Source of the DNA: an uncultured Lachnospiraceae bacterium | GTDB lineage: Bacteria > Bacillota > Clostridia > Eubacteriales > Anaerofustaceae | Assembly (NCBI GenBank): GCA_964439075.1 | Contig: CAYTMY010000001.1 | Span: 1 to 33,725, forward strand | Direction of reading: 5' to 3' | Length of the DNA stretch: 33,725 nucleotides | Shown here: positions 9,906 to 18,559 of the stretch, piece after piece | Position numbering within the stretch: position 1 is the first letter of the stretch | How the letters are laid out: every line of letters starts with the position of its first letter | Translations under genes and position numbers: made by a program | Notes under the pieces: generated by a model | Seen by the model: the letters and a program-made list of their open reading frames with translations, nothing else | Told to the model about the DNA's origin: nothing | Database searches by the model: none

Positions 9906-12545
9906 CTACTGATTTACGGAATTTAAACTTTCGGTAACTTCCGCAAGAAGCTCGGTCGCTTTTTTTAATTTTTCACGTTCTGTCTCAACAACATTTGCAG
10001 GGGCCTTTGCTACAAAGCTTTCATTGGAAAGTTTGTCGTTGAGCCTTTTTATCTCGGCATTAAGTTTATCGGCTTCTTTTGTCAATCTTTCCGTTTCTTT
10101 TTGTTTGTCGATGAGCGAGTCCAGAGGTACTGTAAAACGTGCCGTATTGGTGACCACCGTAAGCGAATTTTCTTCATCTTTGCTTTGTTGCGTAATGTAT
10201 ACCTTGTCGCATGAAGCCAGCTTTATAAAAATCATTTCGTTGCCAAGATAAATACCTTCGCAGTTTTCCTTGGGTTCAATGTAAACCGGAGCTTTTTTTG
10301 AAGGAGGTATGTTCATTTTTGCTCTGGCATTTCGTATGCCTCTTATTGCATCGATTATCTCGGCAACTTCATACTGCTCTTTTTCAAAATTCTTTGTTTT
10401 GTCGTATTTCGGCCATTGCGCAATTATCAAGGGCTTTTTATCGGGTGAGAAATAAGTGTATATTTCCTCCGTGATAAACGGCATGAACGGATGGAGTAGC
10501 TTCAGTATATCGGTAAAAGTGTGATATAAAGTCCACTGTGCCGTTTTGCGCGCTTTCATATCTTCCGAATTGAGACGCGTTTTTGCGAATTCGATATACC
10601 AGTCGCAAAATTCGGACCATATAAAGTTGTAAAGTTTTTCGAGGGCTATGCCCATTTCGTATTTATCCAGATTTGCGCTTACTTCAGCTGTCATTTGGTT
10701 GGTTGCCGATATGATCCACTTATCTAAATTTATAAATTCGATGTCTTCTTCCTTTGTAGCATAGTCGAAATCATTGAGGTTCATCAATATGAATCGAGCG
10801 GCATTGTTTATTTTATTTGCAAAATTTCTGCTTGATTCTATTTTTTCGGGCTGCCATCTGGAATCGTTGCCTGCTGCATTTCCCGTTACAAGCGTAAATC
10901 TTACGGCGTCCGCTCCGTATTTTTCTATTACCTCAAGAGGGTCAACGCCGTTACCGAGAGATTTGCTCATTTTTCTTCCGTATTCATCTCTTATTAGACC
11001 GTTGATATATACATGGTGGAAGGGAGGATCTCCGCAATATTCAAGCCCGGAAAATATCATTCGCGCTACCCAGAAAAAGATAATATCAAAGGCAGTGACG
11101 AGAACGTCGTTGGGATAATATTTCTTCAGATCAGCGGTTTCGTTCGGCCAGCCTAAAGTTGAAAAAGGCCATAACGCAGATGAAAACCATGTATCAAGCA
11201 CGTCCTCTTCTTGCTTGAAGGCAGTGCCGCTGCATTTCGGACACTTTTCGGGCATCGTTTTTGCAACAACGGTTTCACCGCATTCCTCACAATAATATGC
11301 GGGTATTCTGTGCCCCCACCATAATTGGCGCGATATGCACCAATCTCTTATATTTTCCATCCAGTTATAATATATTTTCTTGAATCGGTCGGGGACAAAT
11401 TGTGTTTCTTCATTTGCTACGCATTCGATAGCCGGTTTTGCCAACGGCTTCATATCTACAAACCATTGAAGGGAAGTGATAGGCTCAACTGTTGTTGCGC
11501 ATCTGTAGCAGGTTCCCACATTGTGAATATGTTCTTCCGTTTTGTCAAGAAGTCCGAGTTCGGAAAGATCGGCGATTATTTTTTTTCTTGCGGCGTATCT
11601 GTCCATACCTTTGTATATATCGCCGTTTTCGTTTATCGTAGCGTCGTCATTAAGCACTCTGACTTGTTCTAGATTGTGTCTGAGTCCTACTTCGAAGTCG
11701 TTGGGATCGTGCGCAGGAGTAATTTTAACACACCCTGTGCCGAACTGCATATCGACATATTCGTCCGATATAATAGGTATTCTTTTGTTCACAAGCGGCA
11801 GTATTGCATATTTATTTATCAGGTCTTTATAGCGCTCATCGTTCGGGTTTACCGCAACTGCACTGTCTCCCAACATGGTTTCCGGGCGAGTAGTGGCCAC
11901 GACGACGTATTTGTCGGAATTTTCAATAGGATACTTTATATGCCAAAGATGGCCGTTTTGTTCTTCATACTCTACCTCGGCGTCACTGAGTGCGGTTTTG
12001 CAATTGGGGCACCAGTTGATTATTTTATTTGCTCGGTAAATAAGTCCTTTGTTATACAGCCTCAAAAATGCTTCGTTGACCGCTTCGCAGCAACCTTCAT
12101 CCATGGTAAATCTTTCGCGTGACCAGTCGCATGAGGTTCCGAGTTTTCTGAATTGCTTTGTTATACGGTTACGGTAAAAATCAGCCCATTCCCATGCGCG
12201 CTTTAAAAATTCTTCGCGACCGATCTCAGTTTTTGTTTTGCCTTCTTTTTCTTTTATATGTTCTATAACTTTGACCTCGGTGGCAATGCTGGCATGGTCT
12301 TCTCCGGGCACCCATAAAGCGCTGTAACCGCACATTCTTTTGTAGCGTATTAGAATATCTTGCAAAGTTCCGTTAAAGGCATGTCCTATATGCAGTTGAC
12401 CCGTAATATTAGGCGGCGGCATAACTATGGTGAAAGGCTTGCCATTTGGATTTACCTCCGGTTTAAAATAGCCATTTTTTTCCCACATTTCATAAATTCC
12501 GGCTTCAACCTTCGACGGATCGTAATTTTTACTGAGTTCTTTCAT
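9906..12545 (-). CDS. valS: Valine--tRNA ligase
   Basis: 879 aa with HIGH (PNITGQLHIGHA) and KMSKS motifs and the C-terminal coiled-coil typical of ValRS. A T-box leader lies upstream. Confidence 0.97.
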   Translation of the reverse strand: MKELSKNYDPSKVEAGIYEMWEKNGYFKPEVNPNGKPFTIVMPPPNITGQLHIGHAFNGTLQDILIRYKRMCGYSALWVPGEDHASIATEVKVIEHIKEKEGKTKTEIGREEFLKRAWEWADFYRNRITKQFRKLGTSCDWSRERFTMDEGCCEAVNEAFLRLYNKGLIYRANKIINWCPNCKTALSDAEVEYEEQNGHLWHIKYPIENSDKYVVVATTRPETMLGDSAVAVNPNDERYKDLINKYAILPLVNKRIPIISDEYVDMQFGTGCVKITPAHDPNDFEVGLRHNLEQVRVLNDDATINENGDIYKGMDRYAARKKIIADLSELGLLDKTEEHIHNVGTCYRCATTVEPITSLQWFVDMKPLAKPAIECVANEETQFVPDRFKKIYYNWMENIRDWCISRQLWWGHRIPAYYCEECGETVVAKTMPEKCPKCSGTAFKQEEDVLDTWFSSALWPFSTLGWPNETADLKKYYPNDVLVTAFDIIFFWVARMIFSGLEYCGDPPFHHVYINGLIRDEYGRKMSKSLGNGVDPLEVIEKYGADAVRFTLVTGNAAGNDSRWQPEKIESSRNFANKINNAARFILMNLNDFDYATKEEDIEFINLDKWIISATNQMTAEVSANLDKYEMGIALEKLYNFIWSEFCDWYIEFAKTRLNSEDMKARKTAQWTLYHTFTDILKLLHPFMPFITEEIYTYFSPDKKPLIIAQWPKYDKTKNFEKEQYEVAEIIDAIRGIRNARAKMNIPPSKKAPVYIEPKENCEGIYLGNEMIFIKLASCDKVYITQQSKDEENSLTVVTNTARFTVPLDSLIDKQKETERLTKEADKLNAEIKRLNDKLSNESFVAKAPANVVETEREKLKKATELLAEVTESLNSVNQ

Positions 12546-12800
12546 TGTTTGTCCTTTCTGATATGAGATGGTCCATTTAAATAAAAAACCGCCCCTTTAA
12601 CGGGACGGATAACTCCGCGGTACCACCCGTTTTAATTCGCGGTGAATTCACTCATCGGCTTAACGCGCCCGAAACGCTGTGGAAACAGAAACTCATGTGC
12701 GACGTTCGGTATTTATATGCGCAGCTCTTTCAGCTATTGAGCTTCTCTCTTTTGCATATTCGATACTTACTCTTCACAATCAACGTTTTATTATTAATTC
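12546..12800 (-). promoter_or_regulatory. T-box riboswitch leader (Val specifier) of valS
   Basis: On the minus strand the conserved T-box core AAAACGGGTGGTACCGCGGAG (plus-strand 12615-12633) is followed by the terminator CCGTCCC..GGGGCGG plus a T-run (about 12584-12609). AGAGA and GA motifs lie upstream. The candidate specifier is GUC (plus-strand 12701-12703), in the context GAAC-GUC-G. Confidence 0.85.
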
Positions 12801-12806
12801 TTTAAA

Positions 12807-12835
12807 ATTATACAAAACAGCTATGTAATTGTCAA
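12807..12835 (-). promoter_or_regulatory. Sigma-A type promoter of valS/T-box leader
   Basis: On the minus strand: TTGACA (12835-12830), a 17-nt spacer and TATAAT (12812-12807). Both hexamers match consensus exactly. Confidence 0.7.
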
Positions 12836-12844
12836 GATTTATTG

Positions 12845-12873
12845 TTGCATACGTCATATAAAAAGGGTATAAT
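12845..12873 (+). promoter_or_regulatory. Candidate promoter for the divergent lipoprotein gene
   Basis: TTGCAT, a 17-nt spacer and TATAAT (12868-12873), about 80 nt upstream of the ATG at 12951. Confidence 0.4.
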
Positions 12874-12950
12874 CAAAGCAGCTTTTATAACATAAAATAA
12901 TTTAGGCGCTTATTTTTAAGTCGCACTCACTGCTAAGGTATATCGAATTT

Positions 12951-14378
12951 ATGAAGAGAATGTTTCTGCTTTTGTTGAGCTTATTTATCATTATCGCAGC
13001 TTTGTCCGGCTGCGGTAATGCTGTGTCTCTGAATGACCGTTCGGAGGTTTATAATTTTGATTTCGGATATTATTTCTACATACCTAAGGAATATGAAGAT
13101 AAAATTTCGGAAATATCTGTGGGTAATACCACTATAGTTCAATATACCGAGCAGGTCATGCTTATGGTACAAGCGGAGAACTATTATAACTCTTTGTCAA
13201 ATCAAGAGAAAAGTGAGCATTCGCGCAGCGAGTATTCCTACGGTTCGGAATTATTTGATTCGACTTTCAACAATACCGACTATATGCTTGAATATTTCGA
13301 AAAACATATACAGTCCATAGTAGCATCAAAACGAATAACGCAGTTGTCTGTACAGGAAATAAACGGGTCTGCCTATTGGGTATGCGATTATGAATTGTTT
13401 GACCAAAAGGTAAACACGACGACTCTCGCTACCGAAGAGATATATAAGGGCGAAGGTAAGATATATTTCCATATTAATAACGGGATAATATATCTTATAA
13501 CCGTATCGGCAAACGATGTGCATCTTTCATCGCTCCCCGATGCGCTTAATTTCATCGAAAATTATCATATAGGTACTAAAAGTAATAATTTGATATTCTA
13601 TATATGGCTCATAATAGGCGTACTGATAATAGTAACGCTCGTATGGGTATTGAAGAGTTTTGTTACAATAGAGCTTGAAGACGTAACTGCGGAAACCGCT
13701 ACACTACAGCTCGACACGATAAAGGAGATGTTCAAGGACAGCCGTTATTATTCACTGAACTCGGGACATGACAACGAACTTTTGTATTATCGCCTTGATA
13801 CGATATTGGAAAGAAACGACGAAGAGTCATTTGATATGGATGCGAGAATCGAGCAGAATAAAATAGTCATGAAAAAGCTTGATGAATTGCTTGAGGCGCA
13901 ATATGCTACGGAACAAATGGCGGGCAAGAGTCAATTTTACGGTGATGCATTATTCTATCTCGATGAGATACTCGGGAGAGTTGAAACTGATGTAAAAACA
14001 GCGCGCCCGATAGAAAGAAAAGAGGAAATATCACAACCCGGTGTCGATTTTGAAGACACTATACCCATTCGCAAAGATATTAATGAAGCTGTAGTAAACG
14101 AAGAGACATGCGTTAATAATAAAAGCGAGGATAATCCGAACGCTTTAAAGCAGTTGATAAAGAAGACTGAAAACGGCATAATGAGTAAACTGAAAAGCTT
14201 TAAAGATTCGTTGAAGTCTAAATGCGACGAACGCAGAGAAAGAAAAATAAACTTAGAAAGCAATGGTATAGGGCAAGCGCCATCTCTTTCGGATATACCG
14301 GATAAAAACGAGATAAACGATGAAAACCATGATATCAATACAATATTGGATTCTATAATAAGGGGAGAAAAGCAGTGA
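12951..14378 (+). CDS. Putative lipoprotein with an additional transmembrane helix and a long charged C-terminal region (unknown function)
   Basis: 475 aa. It has a signal peptide with a lipobox (AALSG-C, Cys21), an ectodomain of about 190 aa, a hydrophobic helix (aa ~214-235, LIFYIWLIIGVLIIVTLVWVL) and a 240-aa acidic/Lys-rich tail with repeated LDxIL motifs. Confidence 0.7.
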   Translation: MKRMFLLLLSLFIIIAALSGCGNAVSLNDRSEVYNFDFGYYFYIPKEYEDKISEISVGNTTIVQYTEQVMLMVQAENYYNSLSNQEKSEHSRSEYSYGSELFDSTFNNTDYMLEYFEKHIQSIVASKRITQLSVQEINGSAYWVCDYELFDQKVNTTTLATEEIYKGEGKIYFHINNGIIYLITVSANDVHLSSLPDALNFIENYHIGTKSNNLIFYIWLIIGVLIIVTLVWVLKSFVTIELEDVTAETATLQLDTIKEMFKDSRYYSLNSGHDNELLYYRLDTILERNDEESFDMDARIEQNKIVMKKLDELLEAQYATEQMAGKSQFYGDALFYLDEILGRVETDVKTARPIERKEEISQPGVDFEDTIPIRKDINEAVVNEETCVNNKSEDNPNALKQLIKKTENGIMSKLKSFKDSLKSKCDERRERKINLESNGIGQAPSLSDIPDKNEINDENHDINTILDSIIRGEKQ

Positions 14379-14452
14379 TATTTACAAAATATCACTGCTT
14401 CAATTGCCTGAAAGCTATTATTTCGTCATTTTAAAGAGTAATTAATGTTTGA

Positions 14453-14483
14453 AAAAGTAGCACTTTGAAGGTGTTGCTTTTTT
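14453..14483 (+). terminator. Terminator-like hairpin with a T-run, 20 nt upstream of the glpA-like start (terminator of the upstream gene or a leader attenuator)
   Basis: Stem AAAAGTAGCAC / GTGTTGCTTTT (two G-U pairs) followed by a T-run. A second hairpin without a U-tract (AAGCAGTGATAT/ATATCACTGCTT, 14370-14400) embeds the upstream stop codon. Confidence 0.45.
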
Positions 14484-14502
14484 ACTGATATGGAGGATAT
14501 CT

Positions 14503-15930
14503 ATGTATGATATTATAATAATAGGAGCCGGCTGCGTGGGTTGTGCAGTGGCGCGAGAACTATCGAAATACAAGCTTTCGATAGCGGTGCTTGAAAAAGA
14601 AAACGATGTATCCTGTGGAACCTCAAAAGCTAACAGCGGTATAGTACACGGAGGTTATGATGCAACTTACGGCAGTTTGAAAGCACAGCTTTCCGCAAAT
14701 GGTAACGCTTTGTTCTCGGACTTGTCGGAAGAACTCGATTTTTCCCTTGACAGATGCGGCTCATTTGTTCTTGCATTTTCGGAGGAAGAGGAAAAAACAA
14801 ATCTCAAACTTTATGAGAATGGCAAGAAAAACGGTATTGAAAGCATAAGCATTGTTGATAAGGATTTTATTCTCAAAAAAGACCCTTATGTAAGTTCGGA
14901 TGTACAAAGTGCTCTGTATTGTGAAAGCGCGGGTATAATCAGTCCTTATGAATATACGGTAGCTCTCATTGAGAACGCCGTAGCAAATGGTGTGGAGCTT
15001 TACAGAAATATTGAAGTTGCTGCCATAAAAAAAGAAAGCGATATATTCAGAGTACAAACAAATAACGGTGAATATGAAGCTAAAATTATTGTTAATGCTG
15101 CGGGTGTGCATGCGGATGATGTTTATAATACAGTGGCAAAATCTTATTTTGAGATAGAGCCCATACGCGGCGAATACATGCTCTTTGATAAGAGTGAAAG
15201 TTATAAAGTAAACAGCGTATTGTTTCAGGTTCCCTCGGGAGGTTCCAAAGGAGTACTTGTTTCTCCGACGGTGCACGGCAATATGTACGTAGGTCCGAGT
15301 TATGATAGGGCAGACAATAAGGACGATGTAACCACTCATTCCGAAGTATTGAACGAAATATACACAAAGGCTATAAAAAGCGTTCCCATAATAGATAAAA
15401 GTAAAGTTATTACGCAATTTGCGGGAATGCGTGCAGTAAGCTCAAACGGGGACTTCATAATAGAAGAAAGTGAAGTAAAAGGATTTATCAATGTTGCGGG
15501 AATATGTTCGCCCGGTTTGAGTACTTCTTATGCTATAGCTCTCAGAGTAAGAGATATAATAGATGGTATCCTTCCTTTGAGCTTTAATAAAACATATAAC
15601 AAATACAGGCAAAAACCACCTGTGTTAAATGAAATGACGACTGGCGAAATTAACGACCTTATAAAGAAAGATCCTGCGTACGGCAGAATAGTTTGCCGCT
15701 GCGAAAAAATAACCGAGGGGGAGATTGTAGCTTGCGTGACGGGGAATGTGCCTGCTTATGACACAGACGGGGTAAAACGCAGAGTACGTGCGGGTATGGG
15801 TCGCTGTCAGGGAGGGTTTTGCTTGCAAAAGGTAATGGATATTCTGTCCAAACAACTGGGTCGTGATATTTCCGATATAACAAAAAACGGCGTAGACTCG
15901 TATATTATAACGGGTGAGCTTTTTAAATAA
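14503..15930 (+). CDS. FAD-dependent oxidoreductase, GlpA/GlpD-like (glycerol-3-phosphate dehydrogenase family) with a C-terminal BFD-like [2Fe-2S] domain
   Basis: 475 aa. It has an N-terminal FAD fold (IIIIGAGCVGCAVAREL) and a C-terminal Cys motif (CRCEKITEGEI...GMGRCQGGFC). It is the first gene of the conserved trio with the next two genes. Confidence 0.85.
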   Translation: MYDIIIIGAGCVGCAVARELSKYKLSIAVLEKENDVSCGTSKANSGIVHGGYDATYGSLKAQLSANGNALFSDLSEELDFSLDRCGSFVLAFSEEEEKTNLKLYENGKKNGIESISIVDKDFILKKDPYVSSDVQSALYCESAGIISPYEYTVALIENAVANGVELYRNIEVAAIKKESDIFRVQTNNGEYEAKIIVNAAGVHADDVYNTVAKSYFEIEPIRGEYMLFDKSESYKVNSVLFQVPSGGSKGVLVSPTVHGNMYVGPSYDRADNKDDVTTHSEVLNEIYTKAIKSVPIIDKSKVITQFAGMRAVSSNGDFIIEESEVKGFINVAGICSPGLSTSYAIALRVRDIIDGILPLSFNKTYNKYRQKPPVLNEMTTGEINDLIKKDPAYGRIVCRCEKITEGEIVACVTGNVPAYDTDGVKRRVRAGMGRCQGGFCLQKVMDILSKQLGRDISDITKNGVDSYIITGELFK

Positions 15931-15943
15931 TAGGTGAAAACAG

Positions 15944-17206
15944 ATGAATAAAAAATTTGATATTATAATTATCGGAGGCGGACCAGCGGGAATGGCGGCG
16001 GCACTGTCGGCATACAACGAGGGCGTTCAGAGTATAGCGGTCATAGAACGAGACAATAAACTCGGCGGCATACTTAACCAATGTATTCACAATGGATTCG
16101 GACTTCATCGCTTTTCCGAGGAGTTGGCAGGCCCCGAATATGCAAACAAAGATATAACGGCTTTAATTGACACTCCTGTGGAAATATTGACAAATACCAC
16201 GGTGCTTACAGTAAGCAATGAGAAAAAAATAACATGTATAAACGATACCGAAGGACGTTTTGAAATAAAAGCAAATGCTATCGTTTTGGCTATGGGATGC
16301 CGCGAACGCCCAAGAGGGGCATTGAATACTCCAGGAGGAAGATGTTCCGGAGTGTTTACGGCAGGTTGTGCGCAAAAACTTGTAAATATCGGCGGATATA
16401 GTGTAGGCAAAGAAGTGGTAATTCTCGGTTCGGGAGATATAGGACTTATTATGGCGCGCCGAATGACTCTCGAAGGTGCTCATGTAAAAGGAGTATTTGA
16501 AATAATGCCCTATTCAAATGGACTGAAGCGAAATATTGTGCAGTGTCTTGACGATTACGGAATACCGCTTACGACAAGCTGTACCGTTACGCAAATACAC
16601 GGAGACAGACGTCTCGAAGGAGTAAGCGTGGCGATGGTGGATGAAAAACTGCAGCCTATAGAAGGCAGCATGAAATATATTGAGTGTGATACGCTTCTTC
16701 TTTCGGTGGGGCTTATACCTGAAAATGAACTATCCGCGGATGCAGGCATAGCCCTTGACAAAAGAACCAAAGGCGCAGAGGTCAATCAATACAGACAGAC
16801 CAATATAGAGGGAATATTCGCTTGCGGCAACGTTTTGCACGTACATGATCTTGTTGATTATGTTTCCGAAGAAAGTTTCACGGCAGGGAAGTCGGCGGCA
16901 TTGTACGTAAAAGGAAAAAGATTTACTGAGAAGGACATAGAAGTTATTAATAAAGACGATATATCTTATACCGTACCTCAATATTTGAATACCGATAGTT
17001 TGGATGAAGATATACGCTTCTACATGCGAGTAAAGAATGTTCTTGAAAATAAGAATATCGTTGCTCTTTTGAACGGGGAAAAAATAGCGGTCAAAAAGCA
17101 AAAGAAGTTTTTGCCCGGAGAAATGATCGATATAATCATATCAAAGGAAAAACTCAATGGTGAAAAAGGAGTGCTTGAATTTCGTACGGTTGATAATATG
17201 AAATAA
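15944..17206 (+). CDS. NAD(P)/FAD-dependent (pyridine nucleotide-disulfide type) oxidoreductase
   Basis: 420 aa with two dinucleotide-binding motifs (IIIIGGGPAGMAAAL and VILGSGDIGLIMAR). It starts 13 nt downstream of the glpA-like gene. Confidence 0.85.
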   Translation: MNKKFDIIIIGGGPAGMAAALSAYNEGVQSIAVIERDNKLGGILNQCIHNGFGLHRFSEELAGPEYANKDITALIDTPVEILTNTTVLTVSNEKKITCINDTEGRFEIKANAIVLAMGCRERPRGALNTPGGRCSGVFTAGCAQKLVNIGGYSVGKEVVILGSGDIGLIMARRMTLEGAHVKGVFEIMPYSNGLKRNIVQCLDDYGIPLTTSCTVTQIHGDRRLEGVSVAMVDEKLQPIEGSMKYIECDTLLLSVGLIPENELSADAGIALDKRTKGAEVNQYRQTNIEGIFACGNVLHVHDLVDYVSEESFTAGKSAALYVKGKRFTEKDIEVINKDDISYTVPQYLNTDSLDEDIRFYMRVKNVLENKNIVALLNGEKIAVKKQKKFLPGEMIDIIISKEKLNGEKGVLEFRTVDNMK

Positions 17207-17242
17207 ATCGGTTTGTTACAATTGTATATACGGAGATGAAAA

Positions 17243-17599
17243 ATGAAAAAAGATTTGACTTGTATAGTATGTCCTACAGGCTGCTCCATAACAGTCGAGT
17301 TGAACGCCAAGAATGAAGTTGTTTCCGTTGTGGGTAATTCCTGCAAGCGGGGAGAAAAGTATGCCTCCGAAGAGGTAACCGCTCCCAAAAGAACAGTTAC
17401 CGCGTTGGTTCGTGTAGAAAACGGTGAAACAAAAGTGACGTCGGTTAAAACCAGTACGTCAGTTCCTAAGGAAATGATATCTTCAATAATCGAGAAAATC
17501 AATTCCGTAAGCGTAAAAGCACCCGTGCATATCGGTGAGATAATTCTTTCCGATGTAATGGGTACGGGCGCCGATGTAGTAATAACGCGACAAGCATAA
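17243..17599 (+). CDS. DUF1667 domain protein (small Cys-rich partner of the oxidoreductase pair)
   Basis: 118 aa with CIVCPTGCSITVE...CKRGEKYA motifs typical of DUF1667. Confidence 0.85.
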   Translation: MKKDLTCIVCPTGCSITVELNAKNEVVSVVGNSCKRGEKYASEEVTAPKRTVTALVRVENGETKVTSVKTSTSVPKEMISSIIEKINSVSVKAPVHIGEIILSDVMGTGADVVITRQA

Positions 17600-17606
17600 A
17601 GTAAGT

Positions 17607-18479
17607 ATGAAAATCGGTATTATAGATATAGGCTCAAATACAATAAAGGCTTTTGTATACAGCTATGACGTAAACACGACGACAACGCTTGATTCGCGCC
17701 ATTATTACGCCATGCTTTATTCCTACATCGAAAACGGAATTATAAATCAAAAAGGGCTTGAGATAATAAGAAAATATGTGTCTGAAGCTTTTTCGTTTTT
17801 GTGTGCAAATAAATGCAGCAATATACATATTTTTGCAACTTCGGCAGTGAGAGATTCCTCCAATAAAGAGGAAATAAAAAGTATTATTTATGATAAAACA
17901 GCTTTAGAACTCGATATACTGACTGCTGATGAAGAGAGTGAATGCGATATAATCAGTCTGAGACGTGAGATAGGCGCAGGCAATGTTTGCGGCGTTGATT
18001 TGGGCGGGGGAAGCGCTCAGATATTTGTATTAAACCAAAGAGATACACTTTGCTCCCATAGTTTTCCGCTAGGCGCACTGAGAATGAAAGAGATGTTCGT
18101 TTCACACGAGTATCCCGATGAAATCGAAATTAAAGCTATAATGAAACACACAAGAGACCAATTGCATGTATTTTCCGATTATCGCTTTGAAGTGATTCAT
18201 GTTATGGGAGGAAGCGCGTATAATATAAAGAAACTTACGGAATTGATATATTGTGAGGATAAGGTATCGACCGTTGTATTAAATAAGATGCTGTATAGTT
18301 TACTTGAAATGAATAATAAAGAATCGTTTCTGAAAAAACATGCAGGTAAAAGAGCCCTTACGGTAATGCCCGCCATAGCGGTGCTGCTAGGTATAGCCGA
18401 AGTGTTTGCGGTCAATGAATATACAGTACATTCAAATGGTGTGAGGGAAGGGTATTTAATAAAAAAAATCATAAAATAA
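17607..18479 (+). CDS. Ppx/GppA-family phosphatase (short, catalytic two-domain form)
   Basis: 290 aa with actin-like ATPase-fold motifs (IIDIGSNTIKAFVY, GVDLGGGSAQ). Confidence 0.8.
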   Translation: MKIGIIDIGSNTIKAFVYSYDVNTTTTLDSRHYYAMLYSYIENGIINQKGLEIIRKYVSEAFSFLCANKCSNIHIFATSAVRDSSNKEEIKSIIYDKTALELDILTADEESECDIISLRREIGAGNVCGVDLGGGSAQIFVLNQRDTLCSHSFPLGALRMKEMFVSHEYPDEIEIKAIMKHTRDQLHVFSDYRFEVIHVMGGSAYNIKKLTELIYCEDKVSTVVLNKMLYSLLEMNNKESFLKKHAGKRALTVMPAIAVLLGIAEVFAVNEYTVHSNGVREGYLIKKIIK

Positions 18480-18489
18480 AAGACGATAT

Positions 18490-18518
18490 TTAGCAATAAG
18501 AAATAAGTGTGGTAAAAT
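18490..18518 (+). promoter_or_regulatory. Candidate extended -10 promoter for the membrane protein gene
   Basis: TTAGCA, a 17-nt spacer ending in TGg, then TAAAAT (18513-18518), about 40 nt upstream of the ATG at 18560. Confidence 0.4.
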
Positions 18519-18559
18519 TTAATAAAGCATAACATAACAAAGAAATTCATGAGGGCAAA

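Noticed and set aside
12615-12633. A 19-nt exact repeat (CCGCGGTACCACCCGTTTT) shared between 12615-12633 and 31193-31211. I considered it as a mobile-element end or a REP-like repeat.
   Set aside because: It is the conserved T-box antiterminator core of the two aaRS leaders, in the expected position and orientation upstream of valS and ileS.
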